Assembly: GCF_000315625.1 (NCBI RefSeq)
Contig: NW_005434449.1
Coordinates: 3,273-63,457, forward strand
Direction of reading: 5' to 3'
DNA length: 60,185 nt
DNA from: Guillardia theta CCMP2712
Lineage: Eukaryota; Protista; Cryptophyta
Shown: positions 1 through 15,259 of the stretch, in pieces
Layout of the letters: each line of letters opens with the position of its first letter
Position numbering within the stretch: position 1 is the stretch's first letter
Made by a program: the position numbers and the translations under genes
The notes under the pieces: generated by a model
What the model was told of the DNA's origin: nothing
Databases searched by the model: none
What the model saw: the letters and a program-made list of their open reading frames with translations, nothing else

Positions 1-21
1 GTCGCAGGAGGAGGAGGTTGG

Positions 22-78
<57 letters not shown>

Positions 79-2147
79 CAGCTACCAACCCAAGTAGGAG
101 TAGGAGGAGGAGGGCATCTTGCTTTGGGAGCACTTGTAATGCCACAGGAGCCGTCGGCCTGGGGGAAGTTGGTGCATGCTCAAGCAAGGCTGCAGCAGCA
201 GCGGGAGGAGGTTGAAGGAGAGATTCAACGGCAACAGCTGCAGCTGCAGAGCAGCGGGTTCGACAGGGAGCAGTGGATGGAAAAACTAAGGATGCATCGA
301 GAACAGCTGCAGCAGATGATGGGAAAGAGACCATTGGATCAAGGTTCTCAAGTTCACCTCGACCAGGAACCAAGAGATCAGCTAGGGCAGTACAAGAACC
401 GTCGCCCTCGTCATAAACGTCGTCAACAGGGGCAGGGGCAGCAGGGGCAGGGGCAGGGGCAGGGGCAGGGGCAGCACTTTCCCGCTCGTCGCTTCCAGCA
501 GCAGCAGGGCGGAGTGGAGGGGGCGGGTAACGGGAGGAAGCAGAACGGGAAGAAGAGACGGGTGGGCGATCTACATGGAGCTGAGCAGCAGCAGAAGTTC
601 GTGCGAGGATCCCCCAAGAAACTCCAAGGGAGTCCGGGCGGAGTCGGGCTAGACGAGGAGGACAAGGCAGGAGCTTCCAAGTTGCAGGGACGGGAACTGA
701 ACCCACTGGAGGGAGGGAAGGAGAAAGCGGAGGATGAGGAAAGACAGGACAGGGACAGGGTGCAAGAGGTACAGGTTCAGCCGCACGATCAGCACGGGGG
801 CGGTGAAATGTCAGGTCAACATAGTAGGGAAGAAACAGATCAGGGGCAACGGAAAGTTCCTGTTGTCATGCCGTACACGGCAGGGAAGGAGCCGCAGGAG
901 GATGTGCAGAAGCAGAGAGAGCTAGCACAAGCAGGACAGCAGGAACAGCAGGAACTAGAAACGCAGCAGCAGGGGCAGCAGCAGCAGCAGAAGGAGCGAC
1001 ATGAGCAACAACTGCAGGATACGCAGAGGAAGGAGTCGGAGCAGTCACAACGGGAGGAGGAGCAACGACCACAGCAGCACCAGCAGGAGGAGGAGCAGGA
1101 CACGCAGCAGCAAGGGCAAGAGAGCTTGTTCCAGCAGCAGCACGAGAAGGAGCAGCAAGAGCAGCAGCAGCAGCCGACGAAACACCAGCAGCAGGGAATA
1201 CAACGGGAGGGGGATATGGCGGAGCAACCACAACCGCAGCAGCAGCAGGGGCAGCAACAGCAGCAGCAACAGCAGCAGCAACAGCAGGAGGAGGAGGAGG
1301 AGGCGCAACAGCAGCAGGGGCAGCAGCAGCAGCAGCAGCAGCAGGGACAGGAGGGACAGAAACTGGGTTGCGAACAATCAAAACATAACGAGTCAGAGGA
1401 ATCAGAGAGAGTTTCAAGTGAGAATGCATCAGCCCCTCGTGAGAGCAACGAGCATCGGCCTAGAGGGATGGGGTCGAAGGTGGAGGAGGAGCAGGAGGAT
1501 AACAATCTCTCTCGAGATCAGGAACAAGGAGGACAGGAGGAGCTGGGGCAAGAGGAAGGGAAACGAGAGGAAGTGAACGAGAAGAGGACAGCGAAGGAGG
1601 AAGAGGCGCAGGCAGTAGGAAAGGAGGGGCCCTTGCATCCCAGCCTGCATGCTGTACAGCCACCGCAGCCCCCCGTCCTCCCCTCTGCCTTGGTCAGCTT
1701 CGGAGGTGCCGCCCTGCGCGCGGAGGAGAAGGAGAAGAGGCTGAGGGCGTTGAAGAGACTGCGAGACGAGAACGAGGAGGAGCATGTGCGACTTCTGGTG
1801 TGACGGAGGACGAGGAGAGTGAGAATCGACTGACGATCATGGCAGGGGGAAGCAGCACGACTGAGCAAGTTGTTGGAGGAGAAGGAGGAAGTAAGGATAG
1901 AGGAGTTGCGAGGATGACGGGGGATTGGGTGCGGGGTGGGGGGGGGGCTGTTACGAGGACGAGGAGCAGGAGGAACATGAACAGGGGCAGGGCAGGGGCA
2001 GGAGCACGGGGCTGGACTGGGGCTGATCTCTCACTTTACTCGCAGTCTCTCCGGGTCCTTCAAGATGTGCTCAGCCGAGCTCAGCGACGGCAGGAGGAGA
2101 GCCGGGGGAGGCGCCGCGTCCTCATGACTGCATCTTCTCTCCGCTGA
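1..2147 (+). CDS. 3' part of a Q/E/G-rich low-complexity protein (5' end outside window); probable intron 1798-2045
   Basis: Frame 1 is open from base 1 to 1803 with polyQ/E tracts. GT at 1798 and a CTGAT...CGCAG acceptor at 2045 join VRLL to SLRVLQDVLSRAQRRQEE, stop at 2147. No recognisable domain. Confidence 0.55.
25..75 (+). repeat. (CAG)17 microsatellite (polyQ)
   Basis: Directly visible. Confidence 0.95.
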
Positions 2148-4943
2148 GCCACTCGGCCACCACCGTCTCCGGGCTGAGAGGAGAAGAGCAGCGTCAAGAG
2201 AGAAAGGGAGGGGGAGGGCGAGAGGAGAAGGGGGTGGGGGGAGCAGGGAGCAGGAAGAGAGGGTGGGGAGAAGGAGGGGGAGGGGAGGGGAGAGGAGGAG
2301 GAGGGGGGGGAGGAGAGAGGGCAAGGGTGAGAATGATAGAGAAGAAGAGGGTCAGGAGGAGGGGGAGGAGAGGAAGAGGAGGGAGATCTACCTCTGTGCA
2401 TAACGGAGGATAAAAGGATGCTGAAGCAGTTGCTCGCACGTCCCTCTACTTTGCTCCTGCCGGCCATTCAGAACCAACGACAACTCTTTCCTCTCCCTCT
2501 CCCTCCTCCTTCCCCCTTGTCTCCCCTCCTCCCGCCTTGCTCCCCTCCTCTTTCCCCCTCCGGCTCTCATCCCTCCCCTTCCTCCTCCTCCTCCTCTTCG
2601 ATAACTTCGAGTCCACTTACCTGTTTGTGCAAGCAAATGGCCACGAACTCGTTGAACTCAGCGGAGTACTCAGGTCCTGAGGAGCAATCAGGACGTAGCT
2701 TGTGGGGTTGAGAAGGGAGGGGCTGGGGCTGGGGCTGGGGCTGGGGCTGGGGCTGGGGCAGGGGCAGGGGCAGGGGCAGGAGGGCAACCAGGAGAAGGAG
2801 GGTTCTGGTTGAGGATGGTGAGGACAAGGTCGAAGTATCTGTAAGGGCGTGAGAGGATAGAAGAGGTTCAGGAGCAGCAGACTTCATGTCCGGTCGAACG
2901 TTGTAGGGATATCTGGTAACGCCTTTCAGTAATCTTCCTCCTCCCCTCCCCTACCCTCATCCATTGACTTCATTCCCGCCTCTCCCTCCACATCGTTCTC
3001 TCCCCTCACCCTCCTCTCCCGTCCCTCTCCCGTCCGCTTCCTCTCTCTTCTTCACTTCCTCCAGCTCTTCCTCGACTTACTTTCCGAGAACGCACTCAGT
3101 CGCTATCAGGCCAACGGCCCACACGTCAGCAGGGAAGGAGTAGCGCTTGCCCTGCAGGAGGAGGAGGAGGAGGAGGAGGAGAAAGAGCAAGACATGTCAG
3201 ACTACCAGCCTCCCCCTCTTCTCAGTACCTGCATCCTCTCTGGGGACATGTAGATGGCGGTTCCTGTAAACGTCTCCGCCTGTACTGGATTATCCACCCA
3301 CACTGCTCCACCCTCTCCCCATCCTCCTCCACAACCACTTGCTGCCCTTCCTCCCCCTCCCTCGTCCTTCCGTCCACCTCAGCCTCCGTCAGACTTCCAC
3401 CTTCCTCTCTCAACCTTCCTTCCCTTAGCTCCTCCTCTCTGTCTCGGCTGCTCAGCCTCACCTGCGCCATAGTATTGTCCATGGCTCGCGAAATCCCAAA
3501 GTCCGCGAGCTGGCGGCAGCGACTTACAAGAGAAGGAGGAAAGGGGAGCAAGAACCTTGACGACACCAGAGGAGTGGAGGAGGACGTTGCCAGGCTTCAA
3601 GTCACGATGAATGTTGTGTCTCTCCTGCCAGTCACATCACGACAAGATGGCGAAGAAAAGGAAAAGGAGGAGCAGCAGGAGCATCAGGAGGAGAACGAGC
3701 AGCAGGACTAGGAGGAGAAGGTGAGAGGCACGGGGGGGGGGGGGGGAAGGGAGGAGGAACCTTGTGGAGGAAGTGAAGGCCTTGCAAGATCTGACGGGTG
3801 ATGATCGAAACAACTTCCTCTGTCGGCTGCAGGACTCGAGGTTGAGCAGGAGGTTTGGAGCGAGGGAAGGGCGTTACCTTGGGGCAGCGCTTCAAAGCTG
3901 CATCAAGACTGCAACTTCACGTTATCGCCTGTCCCACACGCACGAGCGAGCACCTTCCCGCGTCCATCAATTCCATCGCTATGTACCTGCCCAGCACTGT
4001 CAGCTCCTTGTGCCTCATCCCAAGACCTGCTCGTCCTACATCACTGGGTCGCTCCAAAACGCGTCGTAGAACTCAACAAGATTGGGGCAGACCCCCCTGA
4101 GCCAACCACGTCACGAGAATCGAAGCTCGTGGCATCAAGCCACCTGCTCTGAGCGCCTAACAAAGTCTTCAGCTCGGTTATCATCTGTTCGCATTTCCCT
4201 TTGTCGTTGACGTTGATGGCTGAGGAGCAGGTCAGAATGCAAGAGCTGGAGCACAACACGAGTGGAACCTTTCAAAGCAATCTGTCGTTGAGTGGGGAGA
4301 TGCAACGCTCGTCGGACCTGCTGCCTGTCACAAGACATGCGGAGGAGGGTAGAAACAGCATACAGTGCCAGAAGCTCCTTCTCCGAGCGCCTTATCATCG
4401 AGCTACGAGTAGCTCAGTTCCACCTCATCCTCATTCTCCTCTACTCATCGTCCCCCTCCCGTCCTCCTCCCCCTCCCGCCCTCCTCTCCTCAGAACCTGG
4501 AGGTCGCTCATCTGTAGCGTGGAGATTGGACCTGACTAACAGTCAGACTCGCTACATGACTTCGCAGCAGACGCACCAGACCCGGCTGGGGTCTGTTGGA
4601 TCCCAGTGGACTTGACTCTGCAGAGAGGTCAAGCTAGGGAAAGAGGAAGGAGCAGGGGGGGGAAGAGAGGGAAAGGGGGAACGAGCAGGCGAGGGAAAGG
4701 GGAACGAGCAGGAACGCACTTAAAGTCATCGAGGTTGAACGTTCCGCTTGCTGTGATATCGAAGGTGTTCGACCTCGCCCCACCACCCAAGATGCCCTTC
4801 AAGCAGCAGCTTGTCAGTCCACCAGTCGTCCACCCCTCCCTTACTCCCATCGCCTGAAATTGCCCTCCTCTCTTCCGCGCGGAACATACCTCACAGCCTG
4901 CTTCCGATCCAACTGCGAGACCGACCGTAGGCTTCTTCGGCAT
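2122..4943 (-). CDS. MAP kinase kinase (STE7/MEK family), multi-exon
   Basis: Exon peptides IALK, ITELKTL, QILQGLHFLHK, HRDLKPGNVLL, LADFGISRAMDNTMAQ-AETFTGTAIYMSPERMQ (T-x5-T activation loop), YSFPADVWAVG, EFNEFVAICLHK, EQLLQHPFI, separated by GT-AG introns. The last exon is inferred. Confidence 0.9.
2718..2779 (+). repeat. (GGGGCT/GGGGCA)n hexamer microsatellite in a MAPKK intron
   Basis: Directly visible. Confidence 0.9.
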
Positions 4944-7081
4944 GTTGATCCCTAGGAAGCGTCAGATTACAGAAAGGCATGAAGGAAAGTTGCAACAAAG
5001 ACTCCTGCTTGCAGCACCTTCCCAAGCCTGTTGCCCTTCTACTCCCTCCCTCCCTCCCTCCCTCCCTCCCTTCACATTCCTACTCCTCCATATCTTCTGT
5101 TTCCTTCATCTGACCGCTTCATCCAATCACCCTCTGTCTGATGTATTCATGACCCCTTCGATCCTCGCATCTCCTCGACTCCTTACGTCTCCTCCCCACT
5201 CTCCCTTGCGATCATTTTCTTGGTCTCTGTTCTTCCCCCTCTGTTCTCTGCTCCTCTCCTCCTTCCTTCCTCCTACTCTCTCTGTTCTCCATCACATCTC
5301 ACTCTCAGCATCTCCTCCGCCCCTTGCCCTTCCCCGGCCTTCTCCCTCCCCTCCCTTCCTCGTCCCTCCTGACGCTCCGCCGACGCTCTACATAGCGATT
5401 AGCCCTCAACTCTTTATCGTAAGCCAAATATCTCTTAATTTAGACAATTTGTATGTAATTAACATGAATATCTTTTAAAATACACGATAATTCGGCTAAT
5501 TGGCAGTATATTGAAATAGCTGACAGCCTCCAGGCTCTAATAATCAAGATCGATTCCATATTAACTGATATATGTCTAATTAATATAATTACCTGTTAAC
5601 ACTGGTTTGTTATACTACAAATATCCAACATCCGGCCGGGCATCGCTAAAGACTCAGTGACTCTGACCGGCGCCCGGGCCGGCCCGGCTAGAGTCCAACG
5701 AAAAGCTTGATAAACAACAAATTTACTTCAAGTTAGAGTTGACCAAATTGAGCGCAATTCATGATTCACCGGGCTGAGCTTCCGAAGTTCGTCCAATGAT
5801 GAGCCACTACTGTGACATCATCCTCAGTAGTGAACTTCTCACGTCGTGCAGCCTCAGGCTGGCGGCCGCCGCCCGGGCGCCCGGCCCGGCCCGGGCCGCC
5901 GGGGCCGGCGCTGCCGGAGCGCCGCGCCGAACCGTTGGAAGTTTGTCTGTTGGCGGCGCGGGCCCGATGAACTTGCCTACTTTGAGCTCCTAGCAAGCGG
6001 TCACACCCCACCCCCTAAAAGGGGTCAAGATATCGGTAATATCAGGGGGTACTCTGCACCCCCTCACGTCCCCCTGACCCTGGTTTGACTCACTTCCCCT
6101 AGTAAATACTACCCTACCCCTGGGTACTATCGTATCCACTTCCAGTACCCCATCGTTCGTAAGGGAGGTACACCCCGCTATGACCAGGTATGATTTCCTA
6201 AGACCGGCCTAGCGATGAGCCTTCTTCCTTCACCCCTACCTACCCCCGCCCTGTAGTGTACACCCCCCTATAGTTTACTACCCACCAATATCCATATCAC
6301 TACCCTACCTTTGGTCACTTATTGGAGCCTACATCCCCCGGCCGAGATTTCCATGAGAAAATGGGAGCAGGGAGTGACGGGGGGCATTGGAGGGAGAGAA
6401 TGGACGGATGTGCAAGATGAGAGGGAGGAGAGAAGGCTAGAGATGTAGACAGACCTTGAGAGACGAGGTTAGCATGTTATCAGGTAGACACTGAACAGTT
6501 TCATTGCGAAACTACATGCAGAGGTACTATCTAGGACAAGACATCTGCGAGGGATAATAAGTGGTGTAGAGATTATATCGTGACAAGACCTTACCTGGAC
6601 AGATAACGTGAAAAAGCTGACTGAACAAAAAGATAGGAAGAGAGAAGGTGGAGTGTAATAGAAAGGGTGGGAAGGTTCTTGTGAAGGTAAATCAAGATGA
6701 AGGTCGGAATTATGTTGATTAGTAGACCTTTCGAGATCAAGGCATCAACACCGAGGGACAGAGGGTGCAGAGGATTAGGGGAAAATTTCAGCTTTGGGAC
6801 ATTCTGAAGCGAGCTGGGGAAGGTATCTTTGTTGGTGTCCTCCTTTCAATCCCTTGAAAGTCCTTCTAGGAACTGATTCTTTCGATGTCAGAAAAAGGCC
6901 TGCCCTCCCTCCCTCCCTCTTTCTGTTGGGATCAAGATACTCCGAAATCACCGGATGTAAACGGGAGAGCTTTCTTTTGACCTTCCTGCCCCCATCGTTT
7001 CCTTGAGCCCCTCCTCCACGTACCTTCTCCTCCGATAAAGCAAGCGTTGCTGCAAGCGGCAGAAGTAGCAACCGAGTGAGA

Positions 7082-9877
<2,796 letters not shown>

Positions 9878-9904
9878 GAGGGGAGGGAGAGAGGGAAGAC
9901 TTAC

Positions 9905-12333
9905 AGAAGAATTCTCGTCGATGAAGAAAGTTGAGAGAAGAGTCTTAGAAATTGAACATTCCTCCATAATGATCTGCAGTTTCTCTAAATTTACCGGGCG
10001 CTGTATGAAAAGCTCCCTGTAATCCCTCTTATCCTCCCTTTCTCATCCTCTCCTCTTCTCTTTCCCCTTCATCTCTTTCCCTCGCTTCCCCTTTCTCCCC
10101 TCGCATCCTGTCCTGTCCTGTCCTGTCCTGTCCTGTCCTGTCCTGTCCTGTCCTGTCCGGTCCGGTCCGGTCCGGTCCTTTTCCCACAGCGCTCGGACCT
10201 TAGACTGGTCGTGGAGGGAGATAGCATGCGACATGTCGGAGAAGTTCGTCCGCTTGACCTCGACCATCGCCTCCTCCAATCCCCGCACTCCAGACCCCGG
10301 AGCATCAGGGCCGCAGTCCATCGCCGCTGCCCTGCAGGACCAGGTGAGTTGAGGAGCAGGAGCAGGAGCAGGAGTACGGGGGCGGGGGGTAGGTCGAGAA
10401 GGAGGAGGAGGAGGAGGAGGAGGAGGAGGAGGAGGAGGAGGAGGAGGAGGAGGAGGTGGTGGTGGTGGTGGTGTGGTGGTGGAGGAGGAGGAAGGGATTC
10501 GCTCACGAGACGAGGCAGCCCAAGAGGATGCAAGAGGCTCGATTGTCTGCGAGCAGCGCATCCTTGCACCGCAAGCGCCTGTGCTCCCATATGACAGGCC
10601 CACCGTCCTCCCCGATGGCTTCTTGGAACTGGAGGAGGGGTCAGAGGAAGCAGCAGCGAGGAGGGAGCAGCAGTACCTGAGCCTCCAGGTCGATCTTGTC
10701 CTCCGTCACCGTGAAGATCTCCTCGAACCTCGGATGCAGAAGCTTCCCAGCTTGCATGACATGCTTCTCTGCCTGATCCGAAGAGATCATACGGGAAGAA
10801 GAGCTGAGGAACAGAGACAGAGAGGAGTAGAGGAGCATGGGGAGGGAAGGAGGAGAAGCAGGAGGAGGCGAGGAGGAGCTGGGGATGGTCAAGAAACCTC
10901 TTGGTATTCTCTCGTCGAGTTGTCAAGGATGCCCCAGACATCAGCGTCGAGCGATCGCAGGTCCTCCTGCGCGGGGTGAGGTGCGCAAGGTCCAGCAGAC
11001 GCCCGCCAGCACCTCCAGCTTGGGGTCCCACAGACGAGGATGCTGAGCCTCGTCTCCAGCTGCGGTCAACTCATCGGCCTGGCAGGAGGGTGAGGGGAGG
11101 GGGGCGTGTCAGGACCTGCACCTGCTGCAAGTGCGACGAGAACTTCCTGTTGGCCTCGCTCAGCTCCCTGAACCTCCCGGCAAACTCTGAGCCCTCCAGG
11201 TGGCCTATCCCCCCGATCTCGCTCGAGTTCAGCAGGAGCACCGCGTCTGAGGTGGCAGCTACAGCATGCAGGCCCCCCCCGCGGATGACGCATCCGTTCA
11301 CTTGCCACCTTCCCTGCACGATGAGGGTCGCGAAAGGCTCGTCCTGCACCCCCCCTTTGCCTGCGACGAGGACTGCGAGTCAGGAGGAGCAAGCACGAGT
11401 GTCTCCTTCTCCTCACCTTCATACGCCTCCCCGTCGCGTTCTGTGCCATCGCAACGGACTCGAATCGGCCGCTCGTTCGCCTGCCCAGCAGGACCGCCAT
11501 CCACAAGAGCGGGCGAGGAGAGTCCAGCCCGAGGACCGTCAGGTTCTTGAAGTTCAAGCTGGAGTGAACGAGGAGGCGCGAGACGTTGTGCGTTCCTGCT
11601 TCGATCCCCACAGTCCCGTTGCTTCGTACCTCCACTCTCAGTCAGTCCCCAGCTACGCTCACAGCTCCAGCAGCTCTCCCACCTGGAGCAGCGCTTGTTG
11701 AAGAGACGCGATCTGCGACGGCACACGCACCAAGCTGGGATGCAGTTGGCCATGCTCCTCGAGGTACAAGCGCTCAAGGGCTGACGAAATGGAGGCATCG
11801 GAGACGTTGCTCAAGTCAGGAGACTCGGTGGTGAGCCATCGCTCTAGGGTGCGTTGAAACTGCATGTAATTCTCCTTGGGCACATGCAAGACAGCTTCAA
11901 AGAACCTCTGAACATCCTCCGGTTCGAGATGAGAGGTGTTCTTGTCCGGCTGGTCTACCATGCCATAATAAATCACACTCTGAGCAAACTTGGCGTTGTC
12001 AACATCGTCGGAAAGATACCACTCTCGACATCTCTGTACGATCATGTCCTTGATTTTCTGTTTCTGTTGAGGAGTTGCACGCGTTCTCAGGAATTGCTTA
12101 AAATCCATGTTTAGATCAAGTTCGGAGAGGTGATCGCAGTTTTCCTCCCCTTCTTCCATCAGTTCATCTTCCATCCCTCCTCGCAGCCTCATCATCAACT
12201 TCCTTCCTCCTCCTCCTCCTCCTCCTCCTCCTCTGCCTGCTGGAAGCTGCCATACTTTACCTCCTTCCCGTCCACGAAGTCCGTGACCTTGAATCAGGGC
12301 GGTCACAATCACGATAGCCCAGCACACTCTCAT
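9905..12333 (-). CDS. Signal-peptide protein with RLRGG leader motif and a probable right-handed beta-helix (pectin-lyase-like) C-terminal region, multi-exon
   Basis: Hydrophobic N-terminus MRVCWAIVIVTALIQGHG. Later exons WQVNGCVIRGGGLHAV, LLLNSSEIGG, VEVKRTNFSDMSHAISL and IIMEECSIS show beta-helix periodicity. The 3' end is uncertain. Confidence 0.6.
10107..10177 (+). repeat. (CCTGT)n/(CCGGT)n pentamer microsatellite, intronic
   Basis: Directly visible. Confidence 0.9.
10401..10491 (+). repeat. (GGA)n(GGT)n microsatellite, intronic
   Basis: Directly visible. Confidence 0.9.
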
Positions 12334-12768
12334 TTCCTCCCACTGGTCGGGACCTTCACGATTTTATGGTCTTGAATCAAATTGTTTGTCGAATCCTGCA
12401 AATTGTCTCAGTCCGTCTCAACGCTAGGATAATGATAGATAGCGATTCTACGACGAAGATCTCTACCCCCCCTCCTCTTCATGTTCGATCACCCAACTCC
12501 TCATTGAACCTCTCAACGTTTCTTTTATTATTGCCCACGTATTTATACATTAATACATGATGGTTCTTGTTATCTTCTACCACCATTATCGTCCTCATCA
12601 TCGTCATCGTCATCGTCATCGTCATTATTATCATCGTCGTCTCCAGCATTTCCATCATTATCGTCTTCATCGTCGCCATTACTACCGTCTTCATCATCTC
12701 ATTCTATATATTCATCCCCATCAATTATTCTATCTCCATCAATTATTCTATTTTTCTATCAATTATTC

Positions 12769-12915
12769 TATCTCATCTCATCATTATCATCTTATTCTAT
12801 ACATCTCATCTCATCATTATCATCTTATTCTATACATCTCATCTCATCATTATCATCTTATTCTATACATCTCATCTCATCATTATCATCTTATTCTATA
12901 CATCTCATCTCATCA
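12769..12915 (+). repeat. 33-nt AT-rich tandem repeat (~4 copies) within an (ATC)-rich low-complexity tract
   Basis: Unit ATCTCATCTCATCATTATCATCTTATTCTATAC is repeated. Confidence 0.9.
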
Positions 12916-15259
12916 TCGTCTCATTCAATACATCTTATCCCGCTTTTCTCGTCTTGCTTGTGGTGCCCTATCTTCAGGGATTTTTCTATGTTTTACACCA
13001 TTTCGCCTTTTTTTTTCACACGGTCAAGTTGCCGGCCGGGCCGCACTGCGGCACGGGCGGCAGCGCCCGGGGCCGCACACCGTGGCACCGTGGCACGCCC
13101 GGGGAAGCCGCCGGCGCACCGTGGCACGCCCAGGAGTTCCGACCGAGACTCGGATGATCCGATCAACATTTAGTGAAAGATCCGATGATCAGTACGAGGA
13201 GAATCAGGAGAGTCGAGGAGGCTTGACCCTGACACTGTCGCACAGGCCAAAGCTTGAAGGACAATTCCCCCGCGCCACTGACTCGGGGATGATGCGGCAG
13301 CGATGTCGCTGTGGCCGCCGCCGAAGGAACTTCGGAGACGGCGCATACCGGAATGCATCCGCGATGATAGCAGCCGCAAGGACAGGGAGGCCAGGCTTGA
13401 GCTGTGACAAAAGATCCCGGAGTCCTGGACCGGATCATGCATCCGGCGGCGTTTCAAGTTTCAATTTTGCAAGTCGGATCACCTGAGACGTACTGCGAAG
13501 GTCTTTGGCGGGACGTGCTGAGCCGCGATGATATGCATTACGATGCCCTCGGACCTTCCGCTGTGCTGCCGGTGACCGAGCGAGGCCCAGTCCGGTGTCA
13601 AAAACATGTGACATGCTGAAGTCCAGGATTAACCCATGCCATCCGCCTCCAGTAGCCTGCCGCTGACGGTTCCGGAAGCTCAAAGTCCCCTCATGGCCAG
13701 TGCAAAATGCGCTGCGGCGGCGGCCGCGCTGCCCAGCCGACTACGGACTATACTACGGCGGTAGTACTGTGACGGTACTACTAGTAGTTAGTAGCCTTTT
13801 ACTCAAAGTTGAGTACTACTGAGCCGCCTAGTCGGTACGGCGTAGCACCGCCGCCGGGTCACAGTCGGATCAGTAACGGCGGAATCAACGGTCCGAGTTA
13901 GTTTCTGGCAGATAACCGGTGTGTGAAACTGTAAAAATGAGGGTGGGGTAGTGAAAGCTGTCAAACTCGCGAAGCTATCAGCCGGTAGAGTCTGTGAGAA
14001 AGGGTGGGGTAGTTTTTTACTCCAAACAGGGGGTAGGGTATAATTTGGTAGGAGCTAGCAGGAATAGAAGGGTCTGAAGCATCTCGGAAGTTTTAAATCA
14101 CAGATGGGGTGTTCATTTCGATTTTGCTAGTGTGGGGTGGGTATTCTCTCTAATTTAATCAGTATCATTTATTTTTACTTAATATATTTTGTAGTAATTA
14201 AGAAAAACTTTACAGGGGTAAGGGGTGGAAATTTTGTCCCAGTAACAATCGAGATGAAAGATTACCGCGAGTTGGCCATGAATGCAACAGGGGGTGGAAA
14301 AGGCTAGCAACATGGGGTGGAGGGTTCAAGAGTCAGGAAAGGAGTGGGGTGGGTGGTTGCCTGGAAGCGGCGGGCAGCATGTCGGGTCTGCCAGGGAGGG
14401 GGGGAGGGGGGAAGGGAGGAAGGAGGAGGAGGAGAGAGACTGAGAGCGTCTCGATGTGAAGCTGTCATAGACCTTGATTGACTGCAAGGGTTGAAATGCA
14501 GAAATGTGCCGGCAAAGTCAAGAGGACCGGGAGCTTGCCTATCATCCCCCCTGCACAGCGATGATTTGAGTAGGTTGCGGACAGTGAGGAAAGGAGGATG
14601 AGACCAAGTCAGAGGATATGTAAAGACGGTTTAAGAGAGGGCATTGGAGAGGTATTCGATGGCAATCACTGTAGATCTGCTGCCTCTGTTGGGGTGGAAA
14701 GTCACGGTGCATGTTAAATGTGACAAAGCAGTGGTCAGGTCAAAGTTGTGAAATTTTTTGTTATCCCAGCAATCCCGCTTGTGGTTGAGAGCTTGGATGA
14801 GCTAGACTTCTTCTCACATTACGGTGCATGGTCAGGTAGCTTGATGGGGAAGATGTTATACGATAGAGGATGATCTTTGACACCGCTACAGAGCCCTTTC
14901 CCTGAATGTCAGGATGCACTGGAAAGTGGATGCATTTCTTTCTCTTCGCCTTCTATTTCATTCTCCTTGAAAACATCATCATAGATTCATGTGCTAGAAC
15001 GTATCCCGTGTATCATTTCAATCACGAAGAAATGGAAAACTCTGTTCTCTGCACCTCGATTGATGCACCTCGATTGATCGATTTTCTCCCTCAGGATAAT
15101 TACTTGGGGCTTTGCAGAGAGAACCGCTCTGCAAATCGCGTCGCTGAGGAGTGATATTCTATGGCCTGAGACAATACAATCTAACTTCTGGTTGTGAATT
15201 GAAAGTCTGATACTGCTGAATCGCAATCAAGGACCAACAGCCACGAAGCTTCAAAAACA

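Noticed and set aside
840-1576. Poly-Cys, poly-Ala, poly-Leu and poly-Ser ORFs
   Set aside because: These are alternative-frame translations of CAG-rich sequence in the Q-rich gene.
12479-13486. His-rich and Ile-rich ORFs
   Set aside because: They are products of ATC microsatellite and 33-nt tandem repeats, with no domain signal.
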